Positions 20,037 to 31,598 are shown, counted from the stretch's first letter. The stretch: 64,000 nucleotides of DNA from Promethearchaeota archaeon (GCA_048940925.1 JBHLOC010000001.1:201158-265157), one strand, 5' to 3'. Translations and numbers: made by a program. Notes: generated by a model not told the origin, from the letters alone.

Positions 20037-20474
20037 TTAAATATCAAAAACAACATCTATTTCAATTTTATTCTTTTTTTCTTCAATTTTCATCATATTA
20101 TATGTGATAGCTTTTACTTCTGTCCCAACTTCATGCTTTTCAATATTAAAGACTTCACCTTTGGCAATAGCTTCTAACTTATAATTATCATTTTTTTTAT
20201 TAATTCTTTTTACTTTAACTGAACTAAATACTAATTCTTCTACATCAAAGATATAAAGAAATTCTGAGAGAAAATCAAAGAGTAATGCCTCCATGTCTTC
20301 TGATACAATTTCTATAATTTTTTTTTTTTTAGGAAGTATTAATTTTAAATTAGGACTTATGGTTGTCATTAAACTATAAACTACTTGCTCAAAAGCTCCT
20401 TCTAAAGTTTTTGAATATGCCTTTATGTAAATATCCGCTGTATGATCTAAGAATTTAAAGCCTTCTTCTTTCAT
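20037..20474 (-). CDS. Archease
   Basis: FLDHTADI, EVKAITY, C-terminal FDI. Confidence 0.95.
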   Translation of the reverse strand: MKEEGFKFLDHTADIYIKAYSKTLEGAFEQVVYSLMTTISPNLKLILPKKKKIIEIVSEDMEALLFDFLSEFLYIFDVEELVFSSVKVKRINKKNDNYKLEAIAKGEVFNIEKHEVGTEVKAITYNMMKIEEKKNKIEIDVVFDI

Positions 20475-20591
20475 CTTTTAAAAATATCATAATTAAAATT
20501 ATTCTATATAGATGTTTATTAATTAATAATAAATTTATCAAATTTTATAAATTCGGGGGAGTTTAAAAAAGAAAAATAAGATTAGTAGTTA

Positions 20592-21101
20592 ATGATTTAC
20601 ACCATTTATAGCGACTTTGTGTTTTATCAAGTTATTTCTTTTATAAAAAAATATAAAAATGAGCAAATTTATCTATATTCTTATTTTTATGAACTGACTA
20701 AACGGAAACCAACTTTGATTATCTGTTTAAAAGATTTTATCTTTTTTTTTGTGAAACCCAAAGATTATTTCAAGTGTATAGACGTAAAAGATAAGATTAG
20801 ACGGGAAACTAATTATAGGAGGAAGATTCAAATAATTAGTGAAGAGAAGGTATTTATTAAATTAATATTCAGATTATTTCCAGATTTGTATATTCATGAT
20901 ATAAAATTAGAATTAGATAAGGATTCAGGACGGAGAGAAATAACCTTATATTTTTTAACATATAAAGAGAGAGGCGTAGCAATTGGAAGAGGTGGATCAT
21001 ATATTCGAATTATTAATGAATTGATTGAAAGATATATTATGTTTGAAAATGATAAAAAACCAATTGAAATTAAATGTAAAGCGATAAAAGCAGAGATTTG
21101 A
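20592..21101 (+). CDS. Divergent archaeal NusA-like KH protein
   Basis: RGVAIGRGGSYIR in second KH; first KH lacks GxxG. Confidence 0.65.
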   Translation: MIYTIYSDFVFYQVISFIKKYKNEQIYLYSYFYELTKRKPTLIICLKDFIFFFVKPKDYFKCIDVKDKIRRETNYRRKIQIISEEKVFIKLIFRLFPDLYIHDIKLELDKDSGRREITLYFLTYKERGVAIGRGGSYIRIINELIERYIMFENDKKPIEIKCKAIKAEI

Positions 21102-21263
21102 AAGAATAAAATATTTCGTTGCTAAAACGAATTTATTATTTTTTAAAATTTACAAGATTCTAATTTTTTTTAATTTGATTATTTTTAATTTTTGAATTGA
21201 AGGAATTATCTTTAAATTAATTTAATATTAATAATTTTTGCTAAGATAACCTATTTAAATAAC

Positions 21264-22034
21264 TTACCAAGGAACATCTTTTAAATGAATCATATACGCT
21301 ATAGTATTCGCGATAATACTTACTGCTGGAGTTAAAATTATTAAAAATGTTATAATAAAAAAATCAGGAAGTAGGAAAAGATATGGAGAAATAAATCCAG
21401 GGATTGAAATGAATAATAATGCACCCAAAGCAAAATCAAGCTGATCCACAATCCAAAATGGAGCACCACTTTTGATATCAAATCTCCGTTTCAGAAAAGA
21501 ACCAAATAAATCTCCCACTACTGCTCCATATGAAGAAAAAACTATTCTAATAAACAAAACAAGGAAATTAAATGGGAAACTGCCTCCTATGAAATAATAT
21601 TGAAAAATTTTGATATTGTCATAAAGGATATATTCACCTTGATTAGATGCTAAAATAATAAGTTCTTTAATAGGGAGCCAACTAATAATGAAGAGAAAAA
21701 ATATAAAAAATGATATTGGAATACCAATGTATAACGGACCCTTTAATCCGTTCCATGTTTTATGATCCCCCAAAATTCTCCTGCCATCTCTAAAATATCT
21801 TCCACCATCTATAGGTTTACCCCCACCAGTAATAACCATAGAAGCATTTGAAATATAAGCTGGAAAAATGGTTAAAAGACTAAATATTAAAAGAGATATC
21901 CAATCTGCCCATGAGAAAATAATTGAAATTATAATAAAATTTATCAGAATTAAACAAGCAAAAATAATTGTTAAAACTATAGCAATTTTCTTGCTATTTT
22001 TTTCAGCTTTCAATACAGTATTACTAATTTTCAA
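21264..22034 (-). CDS. carS: CDP-archaeol synthase
   Basis: PAYISNA, GGGKPIDGG..DGRRILGDHKTW, GDLFGSFLKRR, DQLDF. Confidence 0.93.
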   Translation of the reverse strand: MKISNTVLKAEKNSKKIAIVLTIIFACLILINFIIISIIFSWADWISLLIFSLLTIFPAYISNASMVITGGGKPIDGGRYFRDGRRILGDHKTWNGLKGPLYIGIPISFFIFFLFIISWLPIKELIILASNQGEYILYDNIKIFQYYFIGGSFPFNFLVLFIRIVFSSYGAVVGDLFGSFLKRRFDIKSGAPFWIVDQLDFALGALLFISIPGFISPYLFLLPDFFIITFLIILTPAVSIIANTIAYMIHLKDVPW

Positions 22035-22343
22035 TTTAATATAATTCCATGTTACCAGTTTTTAAGATTAGAAAATTGAACAATTACCAAAATTTATAAT
22101 TAAATTAATTCTTTTTTAATTGAAAATTTATTTAATAAGAAATTAATAAATATTGCTTCATAAATAATATTCTTTTAAAATACCGACAATAATAATATAA
22201 ATTATTGAAAAGATTTATCAAAATTAAATATTAAAGCTTTAACATTTTTTTAAGGATTAATAATTAATTTTATAAATCCGGTAGAAATAATACACATATT
22301 TCGATATTTCAATGTCAAGACTTTCTATAACAAATTCGTATCG

Positions 22344-23663
22344 TTGGTGTTATATTCGTTGAAAAATCATAATAACGACAATCAATTTAACATAGATAAA
22401 TTTTATAAGAATTACCTCAAAGGACCACGAATATTTAGTAACCGGGACGCATTGGAATCATCTTATATTCCTGATACGTTACCTCATCGGGATGTTCAAA
22501 TAAAGAATATTGCTGAAAAAACAGCCTGCGCTTTATTAGGAGATACGCCACCATCATTTCTATGCTATGGACAGACAGGAACTGGGAAGACTGCAACCAT
22601 ACGATATGTAAGCCAAAAGCTAGCATATCAAAATGCAACGATTAAGCCATGGTGGATATATATTAACTGTAACATTGTATCAACTCCTTATCGTATTTTA
22701 GCTCATATTTACAATACTATCTCAAGATGTGAGAAGATTCCTCCTACAGGGCTTCCTAAAGATATAATATTCAAAAAATTATTAGGATTATTAGACTCCA
22801 TTATTGGAAAATCAATTTGCTTTTTAGTTTTGGATGAAATTGATATTTTAGTAAATAGGAAAGGTGGAAATGAAATTCTATATAACTTATTAAGGTTAAA
22901 TGAGAATTTAGATAATTGCAAAACAAGTCTAATTGGTATTTCTAATAAGTTAAAATTTCGCGAATATCTCGATCCAAGAATACTCTCGAGTTTAGGAGAA
23001 GAACATATAGTCTTTCCATCTTATGATGCTAGTGAGTTACGAGATATTTTAAAAGAAAGGTCGAAAATTGCATTTCTTGATGGTGTTTTAAAGGAGGATA
23101 TTATACCATTATGTGCGGCTTTAGCAGCAAAAGAACATGGAGATGCTAGAAAAGCACTTCAATTACTTAGAAAGGCGGGTGAAATTGCTGAAAGAGACCA
23201 AAATAAATTTGTTACTTCAAAACATCTTGAAAAAGCCCAAGAAGACTTAGAAAGCGATCATATTAAGGAATATATTAAAGGTATGCCACTTCAAGCGCAA
23301 TTGGTTTTAACATCAATTTATCTAATATCTAAATTCAGCCCTGATCATATTATTATATCAGGAGATATATATGATGTCCATTCTGAAATTAGAACTTTAA
23401 TTCCAGGAGTCAGAGAATTAACGAAGAGAAGAATAAGTGATTACATTAATGAGTTAGCATTAGCAGGAATAATATCAGCATATATCAAATCCATGGGACA
23501 TTATGGAAGGACTAAAATAATTAAATTAGATATCACAAATGAATTTTTGGATAAAATTTTGCGGGGAATTGAAAAAATTCAACTAATTTTAAACCATAAA
23601 CCAATTTTACTGCAAAAAGATAAAGTTAAACTCAAAAATAATATCTTTAAGAAATTAATTTAG
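22344..23663 (+). CDS. cdc6: Cdc6/Orc1 replication initiator
   Basis: LPHRD, GQTGTGKT, LDEID, HGDARKA, C-terminal wH GRT. Confidence 0.95.
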   Translation: MVLYSLKNHNNDNQFNIDKFYKNYLKGPRIFSNRDALESSYIPDTLPHRDVQIKNIAEKTACALLGDTPPSFLCYGQTGTGKTATIRYVSQKLAYQNATIKPWWIYINCNIVSTPYRILAHIYNTISRCEKIPPTGLPKDIIFKKLLGLLDSIIGKSICFLVLDEIDILVNRKGGNEILYNLLRLNENLDNCKTSLIGISNKLKFREYLDPRILSSLGEEHIVFPSYDASELRDILKERSKIAFLDGVLKEDIIPLCAALAAKEHGDARKALQLLRKAGEIAERDQNKFVTSKHLEKAQEDLESDHIKEYIKGMPLQAQLVLTSIYLISKFSPDHIIISGDIYDVHSEIRTLIPGVRELTKRRISDYINELALAGIISAYIKSMGHYGRTKIIKLDITNEFLDKILRGIEKIQLILNHKPILLQKDKVKLKNNIFKKLI

Positions 23664-24343
23664 ATCATAAAATCCCAATCATCAATATTTTCTACAAGAT
23701 CATTAAGGAAAAAAAGCGCAATATCTTCATTTTTATCTTTTAATAATAAGAATAATTTAATTAAATGCTTACAAAATTTTTTGTCAGTGGCTCTTCTTGA
23801 GGCAAAATCATGACAGTTATGACGTATAAATTTATTATTCATATCAATTTCAATTATATATGATTCTTCTTTTGTTCCTGCAACTTTTGATTTAATAATA
23901 CCTTTTTTGGTATCTATTTCATTTAACTTATAAGAAGAATTTGAAATTGCTGCTGCTCTATTGAGTGTCCCTGCATCAATAAAGCGTTTAATTAGATTAT
24001 TAAAATTTGTAGAAAGTCCAGTTTTAATTTCATTTTGTAGATGAATAATACTTTTATAATCATTAAATTTGTTAATAATATCATTTTTTCTTTTTTTTTG
24101 CCAATTTTTTAAACGATTTTCTAATAATAATGATAATTTGAGATTGTTTTCATTATCAATAATTAAAAGTTGGTTCTTAATACATGATTTTATCAAAGAT
24201 CTGGCTTTTTTAGGAGGGAATAAAAATAATTCATATGAAATTGTAAATAACAGATCATATAATGATATAGATGGCAAATCAATTATTTTCCAAAGGTACA
24301 CTAGCATTTCAGAGTTATTATTGCGAGGAATTTTTATATTCAT
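23660..24343 (-). CDS. SWIM zinc-finger protein
   Basis: HNCHDF..KFCKHL. Confidence 0.75.
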   Translation of the reverse strand: MNIKIPRNNNSEMLVYLWKIIDLPSISLYDLLFTISYELFLFPPKKARSLIKSCIKNQLLIIDNENNLKLSLLLENRLKNWQKKRKNDIINKFNDYKSIIHLQNEIKTGLSTNFNNLIKRFIDAGTLNRAAAISNSSYKLNEIDTKKGIIKSKVAGTKEESYIIEIDMNNKFIRHNCHDFASRRATDKKFCKHLIKLFLLLKDKNEDIALFFLNDLVENIDDWDFMI

Positions 24344-24382
24344 AAGCTACTTTTAATATAGGTTTTGTTTTATAATTAATAT

Positions 24383-26179
24383 TTAAATACTAATTTTTAA
24401 GTCTAATTGAGTTCCTTTTAATGTATCTAGTTCAATTATTGATAAAATTCCTGGAGTTGGATGTATACCTAAAGAATTCATGAATTCCGTTTGGCTTTGG
24501 AAACATCCTGAATTGACTAAGGCAATATTATTATAAAATCCAATACCATTGATATGAATATGTCCAGTATGAAATATGTCAGGGATTTTATCAATAACAA
24601 GCCAATCCTTTTTAGTTGGAGCTATTTGTGTTTTTCCTCCATATACTGGAGCTAAATGCCGACATTTTAATAACTCTTTCATTGTATCTATTGGTTTATT
24701 ATTATCTAATCCAGGTATTAATTGATTCAAATCAAGTATACTATCACCATGATAAACTATTGTATTAACATTATGAGTTTGTACAACTGAAGGATTACCG
24801 ATACAAATTACATCAATATTTAAAAGAGATTCAGAATATTTTTTTGGTACTGCTGGTCTTGGTAAAGCATTACGAACAGGTTCATGATTCCCAGGACTGT
24901 ATATTATTTTTATATGATCTGGAATTTCAGAAAGAATTTCTTTTGCCTTTTCGAATTGATCATAAATATCAGATATTACTAGATCACTTATTTGGTTAGG
25001 ATAAACTCCTATACCATCAACTAAATCTCCATTTATTATTATATATTTAATTCTACCTGATTTTTCCCTTTGATACTTGTTCCCTATTTTTCCTTTTAAG
25101 AAAGAAATAAACCTATTCCATAGTTTTTCTTCAAATTCTTTACTACCAATATGAGTATCAGAAACTAGGACGATTGATAAGGGATCGGGTGATGTATTTG
25201 GTGTGTAATCTTTTGGGATATCAATTTTTGATATATAATTACAATAGATTATCCCTTTTTTACCTTTTTCCCCTGGATTATAGGTCCCCTCTATATAAAC
25301 TACCTGATCGTTAAGTGTTCGTTCAGCAATTTTAATATTTTCTTGATTTTCTGAATCTTTTCTAATTATAACGTTCACTAAACCTGTGAGATCTTCTAAT
25401 ACGAGTATAAAATTATTGTTTTTAGTTTTTCTAATTTCATTTACGATACCTATTAATGACACCGTAACTTTGCTTGATAATCGTAATATATTATTTATAT
25501 TATCAGCAGAACGAGCTTCAGTCTTCCTTCTCATTAATTTTTTTAATCTATTAAATTTATCCAATGTTAAATCATAAAAATCCTCATATTCTCCATTCGT
25601 ATGTATTTTTCTAGTTGGATCTTTTAAGATTTTAATTTGAGCACTATACTCTTTTGCGATTGGTTTAAAATTAAATGATGATTTTGCACTTTCTATTAAT
25701 TTTACTCTTTCCTTATTTTTCGAGTTTTTCTCAAAATATTTATTTTCATGATCCTCAAATAAAGAAGTTTTTCTTGTAAATTCAAAATTTCTTTCTTGAG
25801 TTTTTTTATCCTTTTCTAAAGAAGTTGTAGTTTTTTTCTTAATATCGTTTAAACTAACTGATTGATTTTGGTTGACTATATTTTTTATATTTGATTCATC
25901 TTCAATTAAATAGCCCTCTTTTTTGAATAATATTCGCTCTAATGATTTTTTAATCTCGTTATTTGGGATCTTCTTCAAAAAATTCTCTGTTAGATGGCTT
26001 TTAAAGCTTGGAATAAAACTGGTCTCTTTAATGATTTGATTTATTATATCCATAGGATTATCTAACATTAAAATATAATCTAATAGTTGTGGAGTTATAT
26101 TTATTCCTGAATTAATTAACTTTCTTAAGATATTTTTCTTGTTTTCAAAATTATCTATATTCAATGTCTTATTTTCCAA
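24383..26179 (-). CDS. polB: DNA polymerase D small subunit DP1
   Basis: OB fold LEDLTG; SDTHIGS, GDLVDG, PGNHE, YHG, RHLAP, GHIH. Confidence 0.95.
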   Translation of the reverse strand: MENKTLNIDNFENKKNILRKLINSGINITPQLLDYILMLDNPMDIINQIIKETSFIPSFKSHLTENFLKKIPNNEIKKSLERILFKKEGYLIEDESNIKNIVNQNQSVSLNDIKKKTTTSLEKDKKTQERNFEFTRKTSLFEDHENKYFEKNSKNKERVKLIESAKSSFNFKPIAKEYSAQIKILKDPTRKIHTNGEYEDFYDLTLDKFNRLKKLMRRKTEARSADNINNILRLSSKVTVSLIGIVNEIRKTKNNNFILVLEDLTGLVNVIIRKDSENQENIKIAERTLNDQVVYIEGTYNPGEKGKKGIIYCNYISKIDIPKDYTPNTSPDPLSIVLVSDTHIGSKEFEEKLWNRFISFLKGKIGNKYQREKSGRIKYIIINGDLVDGIGVYPNQISDLVISDIYDQFEKAKEILSEIPDHIKIIYSPGNHEPVRNALPRPAVPKKYSESLLNIDVICIGNPSVVQTHNVNTIVYHGDSILDLNQLIPGLDNNKPIDTMKELLKCRHLAPVYGGKTQIAPTKKDWLVIDKIPDIFHTGHIHINGIGFYNNIALVNSGCFQSQTEFMNSLGIHPTPGILSIIELDTLKGTQLDLKISI

Positions 26180-26405
26180 GGTAGAATTACTATAATTATT
26201 GTAGGTTAAAATTAAATTATTTATTATTAAAGGAAAAACATCTTTTTTTTTATATTAAGAGACCGTAATAAATTAGCAATGTCTACAAATTTATAAGGTA
26301 AATAGCAGATTAATAATTGAATTTATTTTAAGTTAGGAGATAAATATATCAATATTTGGTTTTTCTTCTATATATACTGTAAAAAAAATTGAAATCTGAG
26401 AAAAA

Positions 26406-29400
26406 ATGGTAGAAATGAATAAGGAAATGGAAGAATACTTTACATTAATTCAACAAAAAGTTGATCAATGTTATATAATTGCAGAAAAAGCACGCAAGAA
26501 AGGACTTGATCCAGAATTATCAATAGAATGTCCTCAAGCAAAAGATTTAGCTGGAAGGGTTGAGAAGTTAGTTGGACCAGAAGGGGTTGCTAAAGCTATA
26601 AGAGGTTTAAAGGAACAAGGATGTAATGAAGATGAGATTGTATTTAAAGTCGTCACATATATATTAGATAAGAAAATAGGAAACATTGAATCTTTAGAGG
26701 AGAGAGTTGAAAGAGCTATAAGAGTAGGTTTAGCAATAAAAACAATGGGTGTTGTGAGTGCACCACTCGAAGGGATCTCTAAAATACTTATACGAAAAGA
26801 TCAACATAGCAAAGAATATTTATCTCTATATTTTGCAGGTCCAATTAGAGCTGCAGGAGGTACAACTGCTGCACTTAGTGTTTTGATAGCAGATTATGTT
26901 CGAAGGAAATCAAACATCCCTAGATATGAAGCAACTGAAGCAGAGATTGGCAGATATGTTGAGGAAGTAAAACTTTATGATAGAGTAGTTCATTTACAAT
27001 ACCCATCTTCAAATCGCGAAATTAGATATGCAGTTAAGAATTTACCAGTAGAAATAAATGGTGATTCAACTGAAAATGAAGAAGTGTCAGCGTTTAGAGA
27101 TTTACCTAGAATTGAGACAAATAAGATAAGAGGGGGCGCTTGTCTTGTTTTAAATGATGGTATCCTACTTAAAGCTCCAAAGCTTCTAAAAATAGCTCAA
27201 AATATGAATTTGGAAGGTTGGGAATGGTTAGGTAAATTAAAGAAAATTATACAGAGAGAGGAGGGTCAAAAAAATGATGAGAAAAAAGATTTATTTGATG
27301 ATGGAGAGACAATTGTACCTAATTCTAAGTATGTTGCTGATATTATTGCAGGAAGACCTGTGTTTAGCCATCCTTCTGAAATTGGAGGTCATAGGATTCG
27401 ATATGGTAGATCTCGAAATACAGGTTTAGCTGCTAGCGGTCTTCATCCAGCTACAATGGGTATATTAGATAGCTTTATTGCTGTAGGAACTCAATTAAGA
27501 ACAGAGAGACCTGGAAAAAGTACAAGTATATGCCCTGTAAATAATTTAGAACCGCCTATTATAAAATTGATTAATGGAGATGTAATAAAAGTTAAAAGTT
27601 ATAAATATGCTAAAGAAATTTTTCCAGATATTGAAAAAGTTCTATTCTTAGGTGATATTCTTTTCGGATTCGGTGAGTTTACTGAAAATAATCATAAACT
27701 TATTCCATCTGGTTACGTAGAAGAGTGGTGGGCATTAGAATTAGAGAAAGCTGTGAATGGAGTTGAAAATATTACTCAGAAATTACGTAAATTAATAGAT
27801 AATCCTTTTAAAAATAAACCTTCAGCAGAAGAAGCTATTAAAATATGCCAAAATTATAAAATTCCTCTTCATCCATCATACACTGATTTTTGGGGGAATT
27901 TGTCAATTGAAGAGTTAAAATTTCTAAGAAGCACGTTGTTGAAGAGTTATAAAGAACATGAAAATAAAATAATATTGCCTAATACAAAGGAAATAAAAAA
28001 TGTTTTAGAAAAAGCTTTTGTAATTCATAAAGTTAGAGATAATAAAATAATTTTCAGTAAAGCTATGAACTATATTTATAAGGTAATTTTTAAACTTGAA
28101 AATAATGAATATGAAGAAAACCTGAATGATGATGATGTTTTTAATTTCTTTTATAATATTTCTTCCATAAAAATCAAAAATAAGGCTCCCTACTTTATGG
28201 GTACACGCATGGGAAGACCAGAAAAATCAGAGAGAAAGAGTATGAAGGGTATTCATTCTTTATTTCCCCTGAGTGATAAAGTAGGAAGTTCACGATTGGT
28301 CTTAAAAGCAATTGATTTAGAGAAAATAAAAATTGATGTATGTAGAAAAAAGTGTCAGAATTGTGGAAAAGTAAGTATATTTAATATTTGTCCAAATTGT
28401 AAAAATCATACAGAATTAATGAAAGTGTGTGAAAATTGTAAAAAAATATATGATAAAAATGAAAAGAAATGTATGCTATGTGGTCAACAATTAAAATTTT
28501 CTAGTGAAGCAATGTTCAATATAAAACAACACATAAATTCAGTGCTAAAGGAGATGAAAATTTCGTTACCATCTAAATTAAAAGGAATTTATGGTTTAAC
28601 AAACAAATTTAAAATACCCGAACCTATTGAAAAAGGTATTCTTAGAGCAAAGAATGATGTATTAGTTTACAAAACAGCCGAAATTAGGTATGATGCAACT
28701 GATATCCCCCTAACTCATTTTAAACCTGAAGAAATAGGGATTTCAACTACAAATTTGAAAAACCTAGGATATTTCCATGATTTTCAAGGAAATCCTATTA
28801 CTAACGATAGTCAAATAATTGAGTTAAAAGTCCAAGATATTATACTATCTGATGATTGTGCCCATTATTTTATGAAAATTGCAAATTTTTTAGATGATGA
28901 GTTAGACTGTTTTTATAAGATGGAACACTTCTATAATATTTCTAAGAAAGAAGATTTAGTCGGACAACTTGTTGTAGGATTAGCTCCTCATACTAGTGCT
29001 GGTATTATCGGAAGAATAATTGGATTTAGCCCAGTAAGATCAATCTATGCCCATCCATTCTGGCATAATGCAAAAAGGAGAAATTGTGATGGTGATGAAG
29101 ATGGTATTATGCTTCTATTGGATCCTTTATTGAATTTTTCTCGATATTACTTACCAAGCAAAATAGGTGGAAGGATGGATGCGACTTTAGTTATTGGAAC
29201 ATTATTAGATCCCAATGAAATTGAAGCAGAAGCTCACAATATTGATACTTCCTTTCAATATCCCTTAGAATTTTATGAGGCTGCCGAAAAGTATATTTCT
29301 CCTTCAAAAATAGAAAATATAATGAATTTAGTAAAAAATAGGTTAGGGACACCTGAACAATATGAAAATATCGGTTTTAACATTCCAACTGATAATATAA

Positions 29401-29843
29401 ATGAAGGTCCAAAAATGACATCATATAAAAAATATGAAACAATGGATGAAAAAATAGAAGCTCAACTATATCTTGGAAAAATAATAAAAGCAGTAAATGT
29501 AAAAAAAGTAGCAGAAAAAATCTTATCAACACATTTTAATCCAGATATATTAGGAAATTTAAGAAAATTTAGTGTGCAAAAATTTAGGTGTGTGAAATGT
29601 AACTCTAAATACAGAAGAGTTCCTATTTCAAATGCAGGGAAATGTCCTAAATGTGGAAACAAAGTAATTTTAACTGTTAATAGTGGGGGTATTGAAAAAT
29701 ATATCCCTAGTGCTTTTAAATTATGTAAAGAATTCAATTTAGACAACTATACTATTCAAAGAATGGAGCTGATTGAAGAATATGTACAAAGCTTAACGAA
29801 CAATCCTAAAATAAAACAACATAAATTAGCTGATTTTTTTTAA
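26406..29843 (+). CDS. polC: DNA polymerase D large subunit DP2 (no intein)
   Basis: YFAGPIRAAGGT, RMGRPEK, RRNCDGDED, zinc fingers, C-terminal PIP-like QHKLADFF. Confidence 0.97.
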   Translation: MVEMNKEMEEYFTLIQQKVDQCYIIAEKARKKGLDPELSIECPQAKDLAGRVEKLVGPEGVAKAIRGLKEQGCNEDEIVFKVVTYILDKKIGNIESLEERVERAIRVGLAIKTMGVVSAPLEGISKILIRKDQHSKEYLSLYFAGPIRAAGGTTAALSVLIADYVRRKSNIPRYEATEAEIGRYVEEVKLYDRVVHLQYPSSNREIRYAVKNLPVEINGDSTENEEVSAFRDLPRIETNKIRGGACLVLNDGILLKAPKLLKIAQNMNLEGWEWLGKLKKIIQREEGQKNDEKKDLFDDGETIVPNSKYVADIIAGRPVFSHPSEIGGHRIRYGRSRNTGLAASGLHPATMGILDSFIAVGTQLRTERPGKSTSICPVNNLEPPIIKLINGDVIKVKSYKYAKEIFPDIEKVLFLGDILFGFGEFTENNHKLIPSGYVEEWWALELEKAVNGVENITQKLRKLIDNPFKNKPSAEEAIKICQNYKIPLHPSYTDFWGNLSIEELKFLRSTLLKSYKEHENKIILPNTKEIKNVLEKAFVIHKVRDNKIIFSKAMNYIYKVIFKLENNEYEENLNDDDVFNFFYNISSIKIKNKAPYFMGTRMGRPEKSERKSMKGIHSLFPLSDKVGSSRLVLKAIDLEKIKIDVCRKKCQNCGKVSIFNICPNCKNHTELMKVCENCKKIYDKNEKKCMLCGQQLKFSSEAMFNIKQHINSVLKEMKISLPSKLKGIYGLTNKFKIPEPIEKGILRAKNDVLVYKTAEIRYDATDIPLTHFKPEEIGISTTNLKNLGYFHDFQGNPITNDSQIIELKVQDIILSDDCAHYFMKIANFLDDELDCFYKMEHFYNISKKEDLVGQLVVGLAPHTSAGIIGRIIGFSPVRSIYAHPFWHNAKRRNCDGDEDGIMLLLDPLLNFSRYYLPSKIGGRMDATLVIGTLLDPNEIEAEAHNIDTSFQYPLEFYEAAEKYISPSKIENIMNLVKNRLGTPEQYENIGFNIPTDNINEGPKMTSYKKYETMDEKIEAQLYLGKIIKAVNVKKVAEKILSTHFNPDILGNLRKFSVQKFRCVKCNSKYRRVPISNAGKCPKCGNKVILTVNSGGIEKYIPSAFKLCKEFNLDNYTIQRMELIEEYVQSLTNNPKIKQHKLADFF

Positions 29844-31045
29844 ATTGAAGGAATCTCCGCATCTATGCTTTTCAAGGCATGATAACATATTTCTAGGCAC
29901 CCATTTAAATTTTCTGGTGAACATTTATCTGGAGTATCTCTTAAAGAATGAATATATTTAGTATCTTTATCTGAATGAAAATAAACTATTTGTAATTTCT
30001 TCTTAAGTTTTTTAGCACACTTTCTAAAGGCTTTATGATCACTTTTTGGCTCAAAAATTTTATTATATGTAGTAATAGGTATTTTTAATTCATTAGCTGT
30101 TGTTTGGAAAATATTGTTTATTCTATTATTTAATTTATTTCTTCTTACAAGACCAACTTTATTTAGTAGACCGATATAAGTACCAACCATATCTATGTTG
30201 ATATTTATAGAATTATTGAGATCATATTTTTGATTTAAATCTTCAAAATAGGCCTCACAGAACTTTTTTGATCCTTTCAAACCCCATTCTTCTGCTCCAG
30301 GCCATATAAATAGTAAATCCATGGTATTAAGTGGATCCTTTTTAAACAATTTAGCTAATTCAATCAAAATTGCTACTCCACTTGCATTATCAATCGAATT
30401 AGCTGATGGTTTTTCATTAAACACAAGATATAATATCGGTATTGAAATAATAATTCCACTTAATGATAATAATGCTATAAGGATAACAATATTTTGTGGT
30501 AGAGAATAAAAATCTAGTAAATCAAGAGTAAGCCAAATTGATAAGATTACTATAATAATACTATAAAATACTATTATTAGTCGGTACGTAAAAAAAATTA
30601 TAACTTGAATTCTATAAGGAATGTTTGCTGAAATAGAATCATAATGTGCTGAAAAGATTACAATTGATCTATCTTTTATGGTTTTTTTCGCCGGAATTTG
30701 TGCAAAAATATTTTTTGATGACTCTTTTTTTATTAATGTCATATTACGAGTTTTTTCAAACATATATTTTATTACAAAATAAGCTGCTATAACTAAAATT
30801 AAACGTGAAAGTAGAAGATAGGTTAGAATAATCAAATAACTAGTTCTTATTAATATTCTTATAGGTCCCGACCAAGAAAAGTATTCAAATTCAGATAAAA
30901 TATTACTTTTAGCTAACTCCCTTTCAATGTAATCTGTTGCTTTTGTTTCTCCTATTGATGATGCTGATCGTTTAAAAGCTAGAGATTTAATATGTTCTAT
31001 TGTAGAGAATTCATTAGTTAATACTAGATTTGAAATAGAAACCAC
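29840..31045 (-). CDS. M28-family metallopeptidase with inserted transmembrane helices
   Basis: SAHYDS, DNASG, GAEE, IDMVG, SDH, YIH. Confidence 0.88.
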   Translation of the reverse strand: MVSISNLVLTNEFSTIEHIKSLAFKRSASSIGETKATDYIERELAKSNILSEFEYFSWSGPIRILIRTSYLIILTYLLLSRLILVIAAYFVIKYMFEKTRNMTLIKKESSKNIFAQIPAKKTIKDRSIVIFSAHYDSISANIPYRIQVIIFFTYRLIIVFYSIIIVILSIWLTLDLLDFYSLPQNIVILIALLSLSGIIISIPILYLVFNEKPSANSIDNASGVAILIELAKLFKKDPLNTMDLLFIWPGAEEWGLKGSKKFCEAYFEDLNQKYDLNNSININIDMVGTYIGLLNKVGLVRRNKLNNRINNIFQTTANELKIPITTYNKIFEPKSDHKAFRKCAKKLKKKLQIVYFHSDKDTKYIHSLRDTPDKCSPENLNGCLEICYHALKSIDAEIPSI

Positions 31046-31146
31046 TCTGATTTTTATTCATTTTAATCTTAACTATTAATTATACTTATTAAATACAGAT
31101 AATATAATTAATACTTATCTCAATATCTTAATAATTCAATTATTAA

Positions 31147-31296
31147 TGCAGGAGGTGGGATATTCCATTGATTTCGTAGAGATTTTAATCAATTTTTGAA
31201 CCCACGAAGACCTATGTCACTAGAGCCTCAGTTACGCCATATCATTATAATATATACAATATTCTAGCGCCGTAGACCAGGCTTGGCAACTCCTGC
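31147..31296 (-). tRNA. tRNA-Leu(GAG) with two introns (anticodon-arm 5' side and T-loop)
   Basis: GCAGGAG/CTCCTGC acceptor; CTAGA..GAG..TCTAG arm; long variable arm; GTGGGTTCAAA[insert]TCCCAC. Confidence 0.85.
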
Positions 31297-31598
31297 ATCA
31301 ATAAGAGATTTTCATTTAGTTTCTGATCTTAAACTTTCGATTTAGATAGTAATATAAAGGTTTAAAATTTTTTTTTTTAATATTTTCAACGAATAAGGAT
31401 AACAAAAGCTCGGATCTTCAAATTTATAAATCAAATATAAAGGTTATTGAATCAAATTTTATAAATTTATATTATTTTTTAGAATAATAAAAGATTATCG
31501 TTTTATATAAATTTTTAAGCTATATTTATTATAGAAAATAATAAATTTTAGTTATTTTATATTGTATATGAAAATATATCTCAAAGGTTTTCAAATTC

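Noticed and set aside
20318-20330. Long T homopolymer in archease (also the A-run near 54950) as phase-variation sites
   Set aside because: Reading frame is intact (poly-Lys) and such runs are expected at this AT content.
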